Shown here piece by piece: positions 13,301-33,177 of a stretch of 64,000 bases of DNA. Positions within the stretch are counted from its first letter, which is position 1. Each line of letters begins with the position of its first letter. Location: NCBI RefSeq assembly GCF_009914755.1, contig NC_060926.1. One strand, written 5' to 3'. Position numbers and translations under genes: made by a program. Below the pieces are notes generated by a model. The model was not told the origin of the DNA, ran no database searches, and saw only the letters and a program-made list of their open reading frames with translations. This DNA comes from the human T2T-CHM13v2.0 reference genome, Homo sapiens.

Positions 13301-15412
13301 CATTTGGGAGTTTATTCAAAAACACACACAGACCAAGGAGACAGATGCTGCTTTTCCACAGATTTTTAAGAATTTTTTTCTTTTTTAAATAAGGAGGCTA
13401 GAGCACTTCCCAAAATTATGGATTTCTACCATTCTTTGTGGGTGAAATTTTTTTCTCCCATTGCCTAAACCCTTATCTGGGGTAGGTTAGGTCCCTTTGG
13501 TAATTCCCTAGTTCATGCAACACTAGTATATTTTCCCCACTTGGAACCAGATTCCACTCATGGTTCTGCATTCCCTCAGATAGGTCATGCTAAGGTCAAA
13601 CAGCAATTCCACAATGCAAAAACTAACCACTGCATGTCCTCTAAGTGTGTGCAGACCAGTCCTAAAGAATGTTCCATGTGGATAATCAATTAAGTATTTT
13701 TGATAATCACAATTTGTAAGACTAACAGGAAGCAGAGATGTGTTTAAGACATTAAGTCCAACTAATAAAGCTTAGAGTATGCAGTGAAGGTAAATGTATA
13801 TTAGTATGTCTACATCATAAAAGAAATTAATATTTATAAACTACCTTGAAGTTCTCAAGTATAATTCACTTTGGATTATAGAAGTTTTGAATCCCTCAAT
13901 CATCAGTGTTTCCATTTCCCTTGGAAAAAAATCACTTTTATGGAGAAAATATTTCAAAAAATATTTGAGATATATTTGAATAGCCAAAAAATCTTGAAAA
14001 AAAATAACAAGCACAATCGATTTCTATTGTATGTTTCATAGAAGATAAAGTTAAAGTCTACTTTAACTTGCAAACCAGAATTACATTTCTATTAATTTAG
14101 ATTTTGTCTCTTTCAAATTACAAGTATTGATTATGCAAAAAGGCACAAAACCAATAATTCTAAAAGAACATAGGAAATTAAAAAGTCATGAGTTACACAT
14201 AAATCAGGAGTTAATGGTAATATTATCAGCAATATAGTATTGTATTATGCATACAATGTATAGCATACTGAAGAAGGAAAGAGTGAATTAGGAAATATGA
14301 CTTGCAGATCTCTGGAAAATATCTCCAAATTTGAACAAATTGTGTACTTAAATAGGAAACAAATGCCTTTTTCTGTCTAGATTATATTTTGTTACAAATC
14401 ATTCACTATAAGTAAAGGCAAAACTGGGGAACTCTCTTCCAATTTAAATAGACATGGAATACAGAAGACAGAAGCAACGTTATTATTCTAAGTACATATT
14501 TTTTTCATTCCTTCACCAAGTTATTAGGGTTCTTTCAATGAGATAGTGTTTTTTGACATATTTGTGTGTGTATATGTTTATATTACTTATAGACAGGGTT
14601 ATTAAATAGTTTTTACTATCTGTATTGTTTAATTCCGTTTTATAAATAGTAACATTTGGTTAAGGTAAATTGATATACAAATGAAATCAGGAAGAAAATC
14701 TGATTATTCTCAATTTAGCTATTATCTTTATGTCTTACTTAGCTTTTCCCTACGACATTTTTATTTTCACCTTCATAGTCATTCAAAGTTATTAGATTTT
14801 TCTAGCCATCAATGAAGAAAAAGAGGAACATTTTCTCTTGGAGATTCCTAGTAAAGAAGTAGCAAATTTCTGACCCCAGATATCCAAAATAATCAAGACC
14901 GGCATTAGAATCCAGGTTCTACCTCTGTTTAGCCTACTAGAGAATTCTTCCTATAAATAAAGAAAGTAAATGTGAGAATGACACGTAACTAGTTGAATTT
15001 GTCTTTTCCCAGTCCACCAAAAATTCCTTGAACTCTAAACAAAGGTGTTAAATACCATGAAATAAATAATTAATTAGTTTCAAACTTAGTCTGGAATAGA
15101 TTAATTCACAGGGCACTTCGCTAGCCTTTCTATTTGGTTATTACAGCTGTAATAAAACCCCATTCTCCAGGGAAATCATGCTCTGGGCAACTATTATACT
15201 TCTCTGGCACAGATCATCAGAATTCAGGGCAATTCCAGCCAAGCCAGACTCTTTGTTAGCCTTAGTCTACTACTAAGTTCTGAAATACTGGTAAAGCAAG
15301 TACTGGTGATTTTAAGACCTTTAATTCCGTTCTACTGAAGAAAAAAAGGAATAATATGTTAATGAACAATTACGACGCTCCAGTCACACTTCTAGGTGCA
15401 TTAGACACATTA

Positions 15413-15827
15413 TTGTATTATTCAGGATGCCCTCACTGTTATAACAGACAATCCAATAGTTTTCATGCCTTAACAATAGGATTCTATACCTCTGTGCCAG
15501 GTAAAAGATCAATGAGTGTGTTTGGTGGGCAGCTATCAGGAGTTGACTCAGGAATCCAGAATTGTTTCCATCTTGTGGTTCCGCTATCCTGTAGAGAGCA
15601 TGAGAGTCTCCTGTTGGATCTTCTGTGTCCATATGGCAAATGGAGGAAAAAGGAGCATAGAGGCAAGAGGGGCTCAAAATTGTATGTAAGTTCTGTTCAC
15701 ATTCCTTTAACCAGAAACAAAGCACAAGGATATACCAAACAGGAAGGGAGCCTGGAAATATAGTCTACCAGTGTACCCAGGAAAAAAAGAAACAGATTTG
15801 GAGAATAACTGGCCAATGTTTCCTACA
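15413..15827 (-). mobile_element. MaLR LTR (MLT1J/K-like) nested in L2 fragments
   Basis: ttccatcttgtggttccgctatc...ttctgttcacattcctttaaccagaa...ggaagggagcctggaaatatagtc motifs. Confidence 0.7.
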
Positions 15828-17226
15828 ATCAGCAAATACAAAAAAAAAAAAAATCCCTGACCTTTAGGAACTTACATTCTGTCTGGCGGAAACAAATGAC
15901 TAGAAAGAGGCATAATAAATTATAAATTGCATAATCTATTATAAAATAATAGCTACAATTGGGGGGTGCAAAGAAAGCTCAGAGCAAGGTAAAAGGGAGA
16001 GGTATCTTTTGACAATAGCTATAGGTGGCTGTGGCAGGGTAGAAGATGGATCACTGTTGAAGAGTCAATCAAAGGAATGAGAGGCCAATTATTGGAGGAA
16101 TCATCTTTGCCAATAATGGGATAATGTTGGAGAGAGTGATGGTGATCCAGAAGCTAAAATCGGAGCGAAGTGGGGGCTTGGGGTTGTCCCATGAGTAAGC
16201 TGATAACAGTAATAGAGAAAAGCAGTGGGTGTCGTGGAATTTGGAATTTTACAGGAAAGAAAAAGAATGATCTGAAAGCAGCAATGAGGAGAGAAGACAA
16301 TGCCTACTCCCAACTTCAGGTCCAGCTATGAAAGAGTTGTGGAATTAAAAGCAGCCACCACTTCAGAGGGCTGCAGAGAAGGAATGCCCTCTTGTGAGAG
16401 ACCAGTTCCCCCTAGAAAGCATTCTTATAGAAAGAATGTCAATGATATCAGGATTTTAGGAAATCTGGCACTTTCTGTGGTGACCGGTATGAACAGAGAT
16501 AAGTGGCATACTGAGATTTGTCCTGGTGGAGTCAGGCTGAAATGGTGGCAAGCCTACAAGTGTCCAGGACATTAAGGAGTGAGGATTGGCAACTCACTCT
16601 TGACCCCTGCTAAAAAATCAAGGTAGATAGAAGGCTTAGGATTAGGTTTTCTTAAACTCAGTTCTTGACTTCAATCTGGACCTCTTTCAAGAAGGGGGAG
16701 TTTATGCCAAACACAGTGTCTATTTCTATACTCAGAGAAGCTAGAGATTACTCTGGGTGAACAGATAAAGTCACAGGGGTGTGTGGTCTTGATCTAGAAT
16801 GTGGCCACTTTTTGACTTCCAATGATCACTACCAGCCAGCCATCACATACAACTCTTTGAAACCTTTAAAAAATATTTTAAAAGATATGCTATTTGTTTT
16901 ACTATTTCATTTTTATCACATAATGAACCCAAATATTCCCATTACCTCTCCAATAAGTCATATTGGGCCTGAGTATCACTTCAGTTTTTCACATATAATG
17001 CCTTTCCAAACCTATAACATATCTTTCCAGGGCTCTCAAAAACAGGGAGAAAAATAGATTCTAAAGAAAGCATGTTAGCATAAGCAACTCCCCAAATTTT
17101 CAGCTCTTCCTTCACATGCTCTTCCTTGACACAGCATTCAGCTAGTCATCCAACAGGGAATTGTGAGCAGCTATTGTACTGGGAACTGCAGTAGGCAATT
17201 GTTTGTAAAACAAAAGCTACACAAAG

Positions 17227-18309
<1,083 letters not shown>

Positions 18310-18339
18310 ATACAAAGATTTTTTTAAATAAAATGTTGT

Positions 18340-18930
18340 CATTCTCCTTGAGGAGCTAACTCATAGTTGGGAGCATGTGGAGATATGATTACAGTTCAAG
18401 GTGTTAAAACGAAAATATGTACCAAATGCACTGGAGGAATTGTGAAAAGAATGATTAACTTGCCTGGGAGGAGTTGAGAGACTTCTCACAGGAGGTTTCA
18501 TTTAAACTGGAACTGAAAGTATGAGTAGGCATTTTCTAGATGGAAAATGAGAAGACAAGCATTCAGTCAGAGGTACAAATGCACACACAGAAGTGCAGAG
18601 CAATCTGCATGACAGAGTTATGTATATCTCTATAACAGATTTAGGGGCTATAAAGAATCCCCGTATGTCTGGAATGGTGGGTGCATGCCGAAAAGTATCA
18701 GGAGACTTTAGACAGTCAAGGCCAAAGCCTTGAGCAATGAAGTAAAAAACTGACAATGGAAATCATCACAGACTGTTTTAGGCAGGGGGGTTACGGGATC
18801 AGGTTTGTATTTCAGTAGATAACTCAACTTTATAGTGGAGAGTTGATTACAAGGCACAAAACTCCAGGCAGGTAGACCAGTAGAGAAAGGACTATAATAC
18901 TTAGATGAGACACGAGGGCCTGAAGGAAGG
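18340..18930 (-). mobile_element. LINE-2 fragment
   Basis: Typical antisense L2 purine-rich body (...gactgttttaggcaggggg...atcaggtttgtatttcagtagataactc...ggcaggtagaccagtag). Confidence 0.65.
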
Positions 18931-19147
18931 CATCTCTCAAAGGAGTCACACCATTTTCCTTTGACTAAATTTAACCTACAATTCAAAGAGATCATTTGTT
19001 TGGAAACCAAATTTTCTAAACTATTTCATATTCCATTTTAGTGCTTTAAATTAAAACTAATTTTAAATCCATCTTTGATGAAACTCCAGTCACGATTCCC
19101 CTTCTGAAGTCTAAAGGTACACAAAAATACATTTCTTACTGATATAA

Positions 19148-19590
19148 ACATAGAATCACAGATTCTCAGGGCTTGAAAGTTTTACTTCACTTGGTTCACC
19201 ATCCATCTGATGTTGGAAGCCTTTCTAAGCTCTCCTTGCCAAGCCATCTTCTGGACCAGGCTTGATCATCTCCAGGAATGAAGTATCTAGTGAGGTGGTG
19301 AAGGTGTGGGTTCTGAAACTAAGCAGACCTAGATTTGAGTTCCTATTTCATTGCTTCTACTTGTGTGAACTTTGGCGAGTTAGTTAACTTTTTTCTCAAA
19401 GCTTCATAATCTGTAAAATGAATGTAATATTATTTAACTCATAGAGTTATACGAAGGAAATAATGCATGCACAGCCTTCAAACATGTTTTATAATGTTAT
19501 CATTATTTTTAGTCATGTCATTATTATTATTAGTTTCCAAGGCATTCATCTTCTAATGCTGGACAGCTACCTTAGAAAAGTCTTCATTCT
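19148..19590. mobile_element. CR1/L3 3' fragment interrupted by a MIR (~19290-19520)
   Basis: catagaatcacagattctcagggcttgaa...ccaggcttgatcatctccagg resumes as ttccaaggc...ggacagctaccttagaaaagtcttc; MIR core agacctagatttgagttcc...tctgtaaaatg in between. Confidence 0.55.
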
Positions 19591-20424
19591 GCCAGTTCAT
19601 AGAAAAATATGGTTTCATAATATAATTTAGCAAAACGAAGTCAGTATTTCCTTAGCTGTAATTCACCATAAAATTTGGAGGAAACTCTTTGAAAAGGATT
19701 TGCACAATCTCATCGATATCTTCTCAGGATTTCAAGACATCATTTCAAAAGTGTAAACAGAGAAATAGTTGAAATATTGAATCTATAAAGCCCTGTCAGT
19801 AATATCTGTCTCATAATACTCATATAAACTAAAGAGATGTGAACAAACGTAATCTGTTACCTGACATCACTCCTGGGCAATGACTCAAATGGCAAATTTA
19901 ATTACAGTAGCACTCACAGTAAACATTCCCTGACTTCAGAGCTTTCTGTTGACAGAGGCACTCTAGACAATAAACAGAATCTTAACCAAAAAAGGATTTT
20001 ATGAAGCTTTTCTTAAATTCACAACAGCTTTCCATGCTACCTGAGTTAATTACATCATTCAAACACATTGTCGGTGAATGTTTTTGTCAAGATACTCCGA
20101 GCGTTTGATAATAGAAGTAAGATAACAGAATCAAGATTTCAGGAGCTACAATAAAATAACTTCTAATCGGTGTGGATGCCACCTGCCATAACTAGTAAAT
20201 CCTGATATATGTAAATGAACCTCTTTTTTCACATAAATTAACCAATTCTTTTTTAAAATGTCTTTTATGTTATAGTGCAGTGAAAAACGTCAACAATCTT
20301 AAAAATCACATAACCCTTTCTTCACATTTAAGAATATGTACTAAGAATGCATAATTTTACACTGAGAAAATTTTGCCCAGAACATATTCTCAGAAAATGT
20401 TTGAAATGTCATTATTAGTTATCA

Positions 20425-21013
<589 letters not shown>

Positions 21014-21792
21014 TTAAACCACCTAAAATTTCCCACCAAAGATCCACCAAAGAAAATATGGCAATGAGGCTGAGATCTGAAAGATAATTTGGCTGTTGGG
21101 GTGGTGAGAGAGGAAGAGAGAGCCACAGGCAGCCAGGATATCGTGACTTTTCAGCTTACTTGTAAGCAGTTAAATTGGTTTACAAATTATTCTATATAAT
21201 GTTAACTAAACTTATTCTCAGAAAATGCACAAGTGTCTTAAAAATACTCCTATAAATAAATTAAACATTAAAGACAGTGTAATAATGATGCAAGCACCAG
21301 CAAACAATCAGAAAACAAGGAAGCTAACCCTCCTGTTAGGAAATGTTCCTCAATGGCCATATTGGGAATTGAAAGCAATGAGTCCAATGAGCCCTTTAAA
21401 CTTTTTGAAATTATGGAGACTATAAAATAAATTTACATGAACTTTCATTTATGATGAATGCACTGCCCTAATTTTATTTCTTAAAATATTGTCTAATGTG
21501 CTTCAGAAGCCATAACTAGAAATATGACATTTTAAAATATTTTCATGCCATCTTCATCTCAGCCTTTTCAATTTCTATTTCTCCGTTTATTTTATAATAT
21601 ATTAGGTACTTCATATAGTAAGCCTGGTACTTAAACACTAGGACCATAGTACATGTATATTGTTAACGAATAAATAAATATTGGTGATGCAGTGAATACA
21701 CATTTTCACTGAAAGCTGAATGGTAGAATTGATATTTACCCAAAGCCAAGTATTATCATCCTGGAGAGAACACCTGGAATTAGAATAAACAA

Positions 21793-22040
21793 GGCTGGGC
21801 ACGGTGGCTCATGCCTGTAATCCCAGCACTTTGGGAGGCCGAGGCGGGTGGATCACCTGAGGTCAGGAGTTCAAGACCAGCCTGGCCAACATGGCAAAAC
21901 CCTGTCTCTACTAAAAATACAAAAATTAGCCGGGAGAATCACTTGATCCCAAGTGGTGGAGGTTGCAGTGAGTGGAGATTGCACCACTGCACTCCAGCCT
22001 GGGTGACAGAGTGACTGTGTATCAAAAACAAACAAAAAAA
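21793..22040 (+). mobile_element. AluS with ~50 bp internal deletion in the right arm
   Basis: attagccggg is joined directly to agaatcacttga. Confidence 0.93.
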
Positions 22041-22210
22041 GAATACATTAAATTTTATGAAAAATATTTATTTCAGATCATTAAAAATTCTAGTGCTTCC
22101 TTTTCTAAATTTTTATATTATTGTCTGAACATAATTTCTCTGCACTGTCATCTCTAGATTATTTCGGCAATCACTGTTTATAGATTCTGGCCCATTTAAA
22201 AATGTCTCTA

Positions 22211-22535
<325 letters not shown>

Positions 22536-24214
22536 GTCTCTAAATGTCTCCATGCACAGAAGAATATTATTCAGAAAACAACTTTTAGTAGCATATTTCC
22601 TAGAGATAATTTTATAAAACATCCATAGCTTGAGCAAATCTTACAAATCTTTCATCATCAACTACTGAAAGTAGCTGGCAGCTATAGCAATCATAAGTTT
22701 TCTATTGAAATTTTAACTGCCATAGCCACAAAACTTTAGGAACTTTTCTTTATAAATTGTTATAAAATCTGTTATTTCAAAGTTTAATTAGTAAGTACAA
22801 AATATGTTTGGGGTAATCCATTCTTCTCCTAACATAGCTCTTCATATTCTTATAACAGTTTGAGTTGAAAATAATTTATCATTGATGTATATCATTTTGT
22901 AGGATTTTCTTTCCTGTAAATTTTGAGAAGATAAGTTTGGCATCCTTCTGTTATTTCATTCTCACTGGATGTGCAGGATTCTCAAAGAAACATTACAACA
23001 GTTTGACAACTCTTTTTTTTTTAATAAGGCAAGTACACCAAAAGAGTCTACAAATATTTTAATTATGATATAATCTAATATATATTATGGCGTTTAAGAT
23101 TTAAGATTAACATTGTCATAAAAAATAAGTTGATCTTCCCAAATTTATGTAATATTCTCATTTAATATACATATTAATGGCTACTCCATATCTCTATTTA
23201 GCCCTTTGACAGTCTGTAATAATATAAAATAAAACAAAATTAAAGCTTTTACAATCATTATTTTACTTCTAGCATAATATGCTACAGCCATAATGGCCTT
23301 TAATCTATGTAAAACCAGGACTGCTACAAGAAGTGAAAGGTACAAGATCATGTCAGTTTTTTCCTTTCAACAAATATATAGTCAACTGCAATTTTAAAAC
23401 ATCTGACAATGGAAACTGTAAAAGTGAAACAGCTAACAGTTCTTTCATAGTGCATGACAAGAGTGATTTATAAAAGCCATGCCAAAGACAAAGGATTTGC
23501 AAAAATAATAAATGTGCTTTCCATTTCTCAATAAATCATAGTGTACAGTATTTAAACTGTCAGTACTCAAATCATGCAGTCTTCCATAAAAGAAAATGTA
23601 CTCTTCCTCCTAGCTCTGTTTGGGAAAGAAATGTCTGCAGATCAGAATGTGGGCTTGAATCAATGTCAACATTTATTCAATCTCAGTGATTCCAAAAGGC
23701 TGTTGAGGAACGTTTTTTCTCCTCCTTGCCAGGAAACATATTCTTTGATCATCGCTAATATCAAAGCCTAAGCCTAAATCCAAAGGGAAAACAAAATAGT
23801 GATTTTAAAGGACTTACTGTTCTCAAACTTTGAGAATACCTCAACCAAAGAGAGCTTTTCAAATCATATCACCTTAATTTATCTTGACTCCTTATATTTG
23901 CCCAGTGATCAGTTTTTTAAAAAACCATTATAACATTAAAATTAAAGGCTGAATAAGTGAAAAGGTAAGACAAAAACCTAATGCAAAATCTCCAAAGTTA
24001 ACTTTGAAAAGAAGTAAAGGCTGCAGATCTGGAATCCAGAGAACAAGGGAGACTGATATAAAGTGAAATCAGGAATAAGCAGTGGCTAGATTATACAGAG
24101 GTCTGTAAACTATGGTAAGAAGCTTGGATTTTATCCTAGGTTAATAAAGCCATGGGAGAGTGTTTTTAAAACAGAAAAGATATAATCATGATTTTAAACC
24201 ATCACTCTGACCAC

Positions 24215-24780
24215 AAAACATCCATCAGCACAGCTAAAATTACAAATAGTGACAACAGTAAATGTTGACAAGGGTATAGAGCAACCAGAATTCTCTGACA
24301 TTGCTTGTATAAACGTAAATGGATAAAATCACTTTGAAAACTACTTTACGGTACCTACTAAAGCTGAACATAGGTATACCCCATGGCCCAGCAATTCTCT
24401 CCTACATATATTTCCAGTAGAAATGTGTACATATGTTCAATAACAAGATACTTAATAGAATGCTTGTTATACCATTATTCAAATAGCATCAAACTGAAAA
24501 CTACCCCAAATGCTCATCAACGGTGCAATAAAGTGTATCATATTCACACAATGAAGCACTATATGTACAGCCATCAGAATTAATCATTTACAACTAAACA
24601 AAACAGGATGACTCGCACAAGTATCATCGAGCAAAAGCCAGTTACAAAAGAATGCTTTGAATGAATCCATTTAAATTTTTAAAAAACAGGCAAAGCTAAC
24701 CCATATTTGTAAGAGACAGGATAAGGGTTACCCTCAGTATGGGTAGGGAGCAGCCAGTGACTGGAAGGTAGTTTGTGGGG
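24215..24780 (+). mobile_element. Ancient L1ME 3' fragment (host of the young L1 insertion)
   Basis: gtgacaacagtaaatgttgacaagggtatagagcaacc...ctactaaagctgaacatagg...ccagcaattc L1ME motifs. Confidence 0.75.
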
Positions 24781-25061
24781 GAAGAGAAGCATTAAACACA
24801 TTTTCTTGGTGGCAGAGGGATGGATGAAGAAGAGATAGGGATTCTTTTTTTTTTTTTTTATACTTTAAGTTTTAGGGTACATGTGCACAATGTGCAGGTT
24901 AGTTACATATCTATACATGTGCCATGCTGGTGTACTGCACCCATTAACTCGTCATTTAGCATTATGTGTATTTCCTAATGCTATCCCTCTCCCCTCCCCC
25001 CACCCCACAACAGTCACCAGAGTGTGATGTTCCCCTTCCTGTGTCCGTGTGTTCTCATTGT

Positions 25062-28876
<3,815 letters not shown>

Positions 28877-28939
28877 TTTGATGTTAGCTGGTTATTTTGC
28901 TCGTTAGTTGATGCAGTTTCTTCCTAGCCTCGATGGTCT

Positions 28940-29954
28940 TTACAATTTGGCATGATTTTGCGGTGGCTGGTACTGGTTGTTCCTTTCCATGTTTAGTGCT
29001 TCCTTCAGGAGCTCTTTTAGGGCAGGTCTGGTGGTGACAAAATCTCTCAGCATTTGCTTGTCTGTAAAGTATTTTATTTCTCCTTCACTTATGAAGCTTA
29101 GTTTGGCTGGATATGAACTTCTGGGTTGAAAATTCTTTTCTTTAAGAATGTTGAATATTGGCCCCCACTCTCTTCTGGCTTGTAGAGTTTCTGCCGAGAG
29201 ATCTGCTGTTAGTCTGATGGGCTTCCCTTTGTGGGTAACCCGACCTTTCTCTCTGGCTGCCCTTAACATTTTTTCCTTCATTTCAACTTTGGTGACTCTG
29301 ACAATTATGTCTTGGAGTTGCTCTTCTTGAGGAGTATCTTTGTGGCGTTCTCTGTATTTCCTGAATCTGAATGTTGGCCTGCCTTGCTAGATTGGGGAAG
29401 TTCTCCTGGATAATATACTGCAGAGTGTTTTCCAACTTGGTTCCATTCTCCCCGTCACTTTCAGGTACACCAATCAGACGTAGATTTGGTCTTTTCACAT
29501 AGTCCCACATTTCTTGGAGGCTTTGTTCGTTTCTTTTTATTCTTTTTTCTCTAAACTTCCCTTCTCGCTTCATTTCACTCATTTCATATTCCATCACTGA
29601 TACCCTTTCTTCCAGTTGATCGCATCGGCTCCTGAGGCTTCTGCATTCTTCACGTAGTTCTCGAGCCTTGGCTTTCAGCTCCATCAGCTCCTTTAAGCAC
29701 TTCTCTGTATTGGTTATTCTAGTTATACATTCGTCTAAATTTTTTTCAAAGTTTTCAACTTCTTTGCCTTTGGTTCAAATTTCCTCCTGTAGCTCGGAGT
29801 AGTTTGTTCGTCTGAAGCCTTCTTCTCTCAACTCGTCAAAGTCATTCTCCATCCAGCTTTGTTCCGTTGCTGGTGAGGAACTGCATTCCTTTGGAGGAGG
29901 AGAGGCGCTCTGCTTTTTAGAGTTTCCAGTTTTTCTGCTCTGTTCTTTCCCCAT
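28940..29954 (-). pseudogene. L1 ORF1p, disrupted
   Basis: ATG at 29954 (MGKEQSRKTG), premature TGA at 29777-29775, frameshift near 29310; contains YVKRPNLRLIG and YPAKLSF motifs. Confidence 0.96.
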
Positions 29955-30599
29955 CTTTGTGGTTTTATCTACTTTTGGTCTTTGATGATGGTGACGTACA
30001 GATGGGTTTTTGGTGTGGATGTCCTTTCTGTTTGTTAGTTTTCCTTCTAACAGACAGGACCCTCAGCTGCAGGTCTGTTGGAGTTTGCTAGAGGTCCACT
30101 CCAGACCCTGTTTGCCTGGGTACCAGCAGCGGTGGCTGCAGAACAGCGGATTTTTGTGAACCGCAAATGCTGCTGTCTGATTGTTCCTCTGGAAGTTTTG
30201 TCTCAGAGGAGTACCCGGCCATGTGAGGTGTCAGTCTGCCCCTACTGGGGGGTGCCTCCCAGTTAGGCTGCTCGGGGGTCAGGGATCAGGGACCCACTTG
30301 AGGAGGCAGTCTGCCCGTTCTTGACTGGTGATGTGTACACGAAAAGCACAGAATCAAAGAGTCCTACTTTGCAGCCATCCATTACAATCTGCCTTCGATA
30401 CATCTGGTTGAACCACTGGTGATGAGAAACACAATTTATAAGGGAGACTGTTCTTTTTTGGAAGAAAAAAAAAGAATCTAATGACTCACATGCTATTTAT
30501 TAGAGTCAAGATTTTTTCTAGTTATTCTTTCTGAAACATGAAACAATCCACTTGAATTTCCAGTAAAAGTTCTTCCAGGAATTGAACACAGCAAACTTA

Positions 30600-30720
30600 C
30601 TTTGCCCTTAGTTTTTTTCCCAGGTTAAACAACTCAGCTCCTTAATCCACTCTTCGTAGAAATTATCACAGACTGACCCATCACCATCACTACCCTGATA
30701 AGCTTTCATTTGCTAATATT
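30600..30720 (-). mobile_element. CR1/L3 fragment
   Basis: ttcccaggttaaacaactcagctccttaatccactcttcgtag resembles the L3 body. Confidence 0.45.
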
Positions 30721-32537
30721 ACTAAGAAAAAGAAGAAAGAGACAGGGAGTGACTTGGATCAGACATGTAGACACAGAATACAAAATTTATGGAATTGTGA
30801 GTTCAGGGAGTCTCAGAGCTCAGTGATTTGAATGAAATGCAAGAGATTTCAAGGGTGGTTCAAGGTAGCTTCCAGACCTTCTGCTTGACATTCTTATTCT
30901 AATTCACTTACTTGTTTTCACATAGGCCATTAATTCTCTCTCATCTACAAGCCTTCCTTCATGTGTCACAACTATGTTCTCCCTCCATTGAACCATAACA
31001 AACCTTGGTCAGAACCTTAGGCTAAACTTCTCCTGTTTTAAATCAATTCATTTCCCATATCTATCTACCTGCCATACTTTTGACCCTACACCTTCTAATA
31101 CTGTAATTTTTAAGTTATATTTCATATAAAACTGGTAAACTTCTTAGTCATCAATATTTCGAAATAATTAACAATGAACATTAAAAAGAAAAGAAAGAAG
31201 ACAGGAAATAATGGAGGGAAAGATTTCAGCAATTTTACATTCCAAATATATATGATTTAATACCATATGCTATGCATAATATAAATTATATAATATATAT
31301 TTATTATACATCCTATGAAACAGGAAATAAGTAAATTATATTAGATTTTAAATATTTCTTTCTAGTTTCTCAAGATGTAGTTTCATGCATGTAACTGGAA
31401 AAGGCTTCAGTGTTAGTTATTTATCTGATAATACGTCCTTAAAGTTCTCAAGTTTATATTTGAGTCCAAACTTCTATAAAGCTAGGAAGCTGATCCTAGT
31501 GAGAGTGAATTTGCCAAGTTTTCTTTCCTTCCTTTCTTAACATTCTAAGACCATCTACCAGTTGTGAGTTGATTTTTCATCTTCTGTAAATAGCAACACT
31601 GCTATGGAAATATTTTTTATAAACTTAGCTTTGCATAACATCTTCAAGCAATCCAAATTTTTAAACTTATTCCTGTGAATACCTAGATTTAGTTTACTGT
31701 TTACTCTTGCTTTGCAACATAGAGATAATTCATGATAACCTTACATATTTTGTTTCTTATATAATTATAATTTAGAATGAACAATTTGAAGTGTTAAAAG
31801 CCCTGGATAAGTCTAGCTTGATTAGTTACTTTATTTATTAGTAATTAGTTATAACATTTTTTAAATGCAGAACATTTTTGCTGCCATAACCAAATTTAGC
31901 TGTATGATATTCTAAATCACTCTGTAATGCCATCTCGTAACAATTTGCTATAACATTACCATGAGAGAACATTACCAAGAATTAGGAAATCAGCAAGAAA
32001 ACTACCTGATTCCCACAAAACGTTTGCTTCCAATTGGATGACTGTGAAACTTCGTTTTCCTGGCATATTTGTGTTTGATATCTCTCCCAGCTGGTGACCT
32101 ACTGCTCTAAGGTAATTCTTCAGAAAGGGAAGAAGATTTTATAGCAGAAGTACTATTCATTTACTTTTCTGGCACCTGCAGAAGAAACCTGGAATGATAT
32201 ACCTGGCTTTAAAACAAAGAGTCAAATAGTTATGAAAAGGAAAATCTTTACTCATTTAGACATGAAATACCACCAAATTGGGAAACTTCAAAAATATGTC
32301 TTCTCGTCTTCCTTCCATTTACAACAAACAAAATCTCTTTACTAGGTTTTCTAAAGCAAATACAGTGATTTCTAATTGCTCAACAAAAATAATGTTTTAA
32401 CAACTAATCATAAATTTCAGCTTGCAATATTGCAAATTGAAAAAATAATATTCATTTTGATTTTTTTATATTCTTGGTTGAAATAAAATCTAATTTCCCT
32501 GATAATGAGTTTTTAATATCTTTTATATAACGTATAA

Positions 32538-32884
<347 letters not shown>

Positions 32885-33177
32885 AATGTTTAAGTTTTCT
32901 AAATAACTTTTTGTATAGCCTTTTTTGTAGAGTTTCCTTTAGTTAAATTTAAATTTAAAATGTAACAGTATTGTTAAAATTTTTGGTTTTTAATCTGTTC
33001 TTTAATAACGAGTTATTAAACTAAAGTTTACATTTATAAACTTAAGAAAAAAACATTTTTCATTGAACTCATATTTCTGATTTCCTTAGCTGTTATTAAA
33101 ACTTTGAACACCAAAATTATTTTAAATTTATCTTCTATCCTTTTATAAAATGTTTTTATAGTAATAGTAAACACAAA

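Noticed and set aside
15356-15763. 135 aa and 113 aa overlapping ORFs
   Set aside because: They lie within an MLT1 LTR and have no recognisable domain
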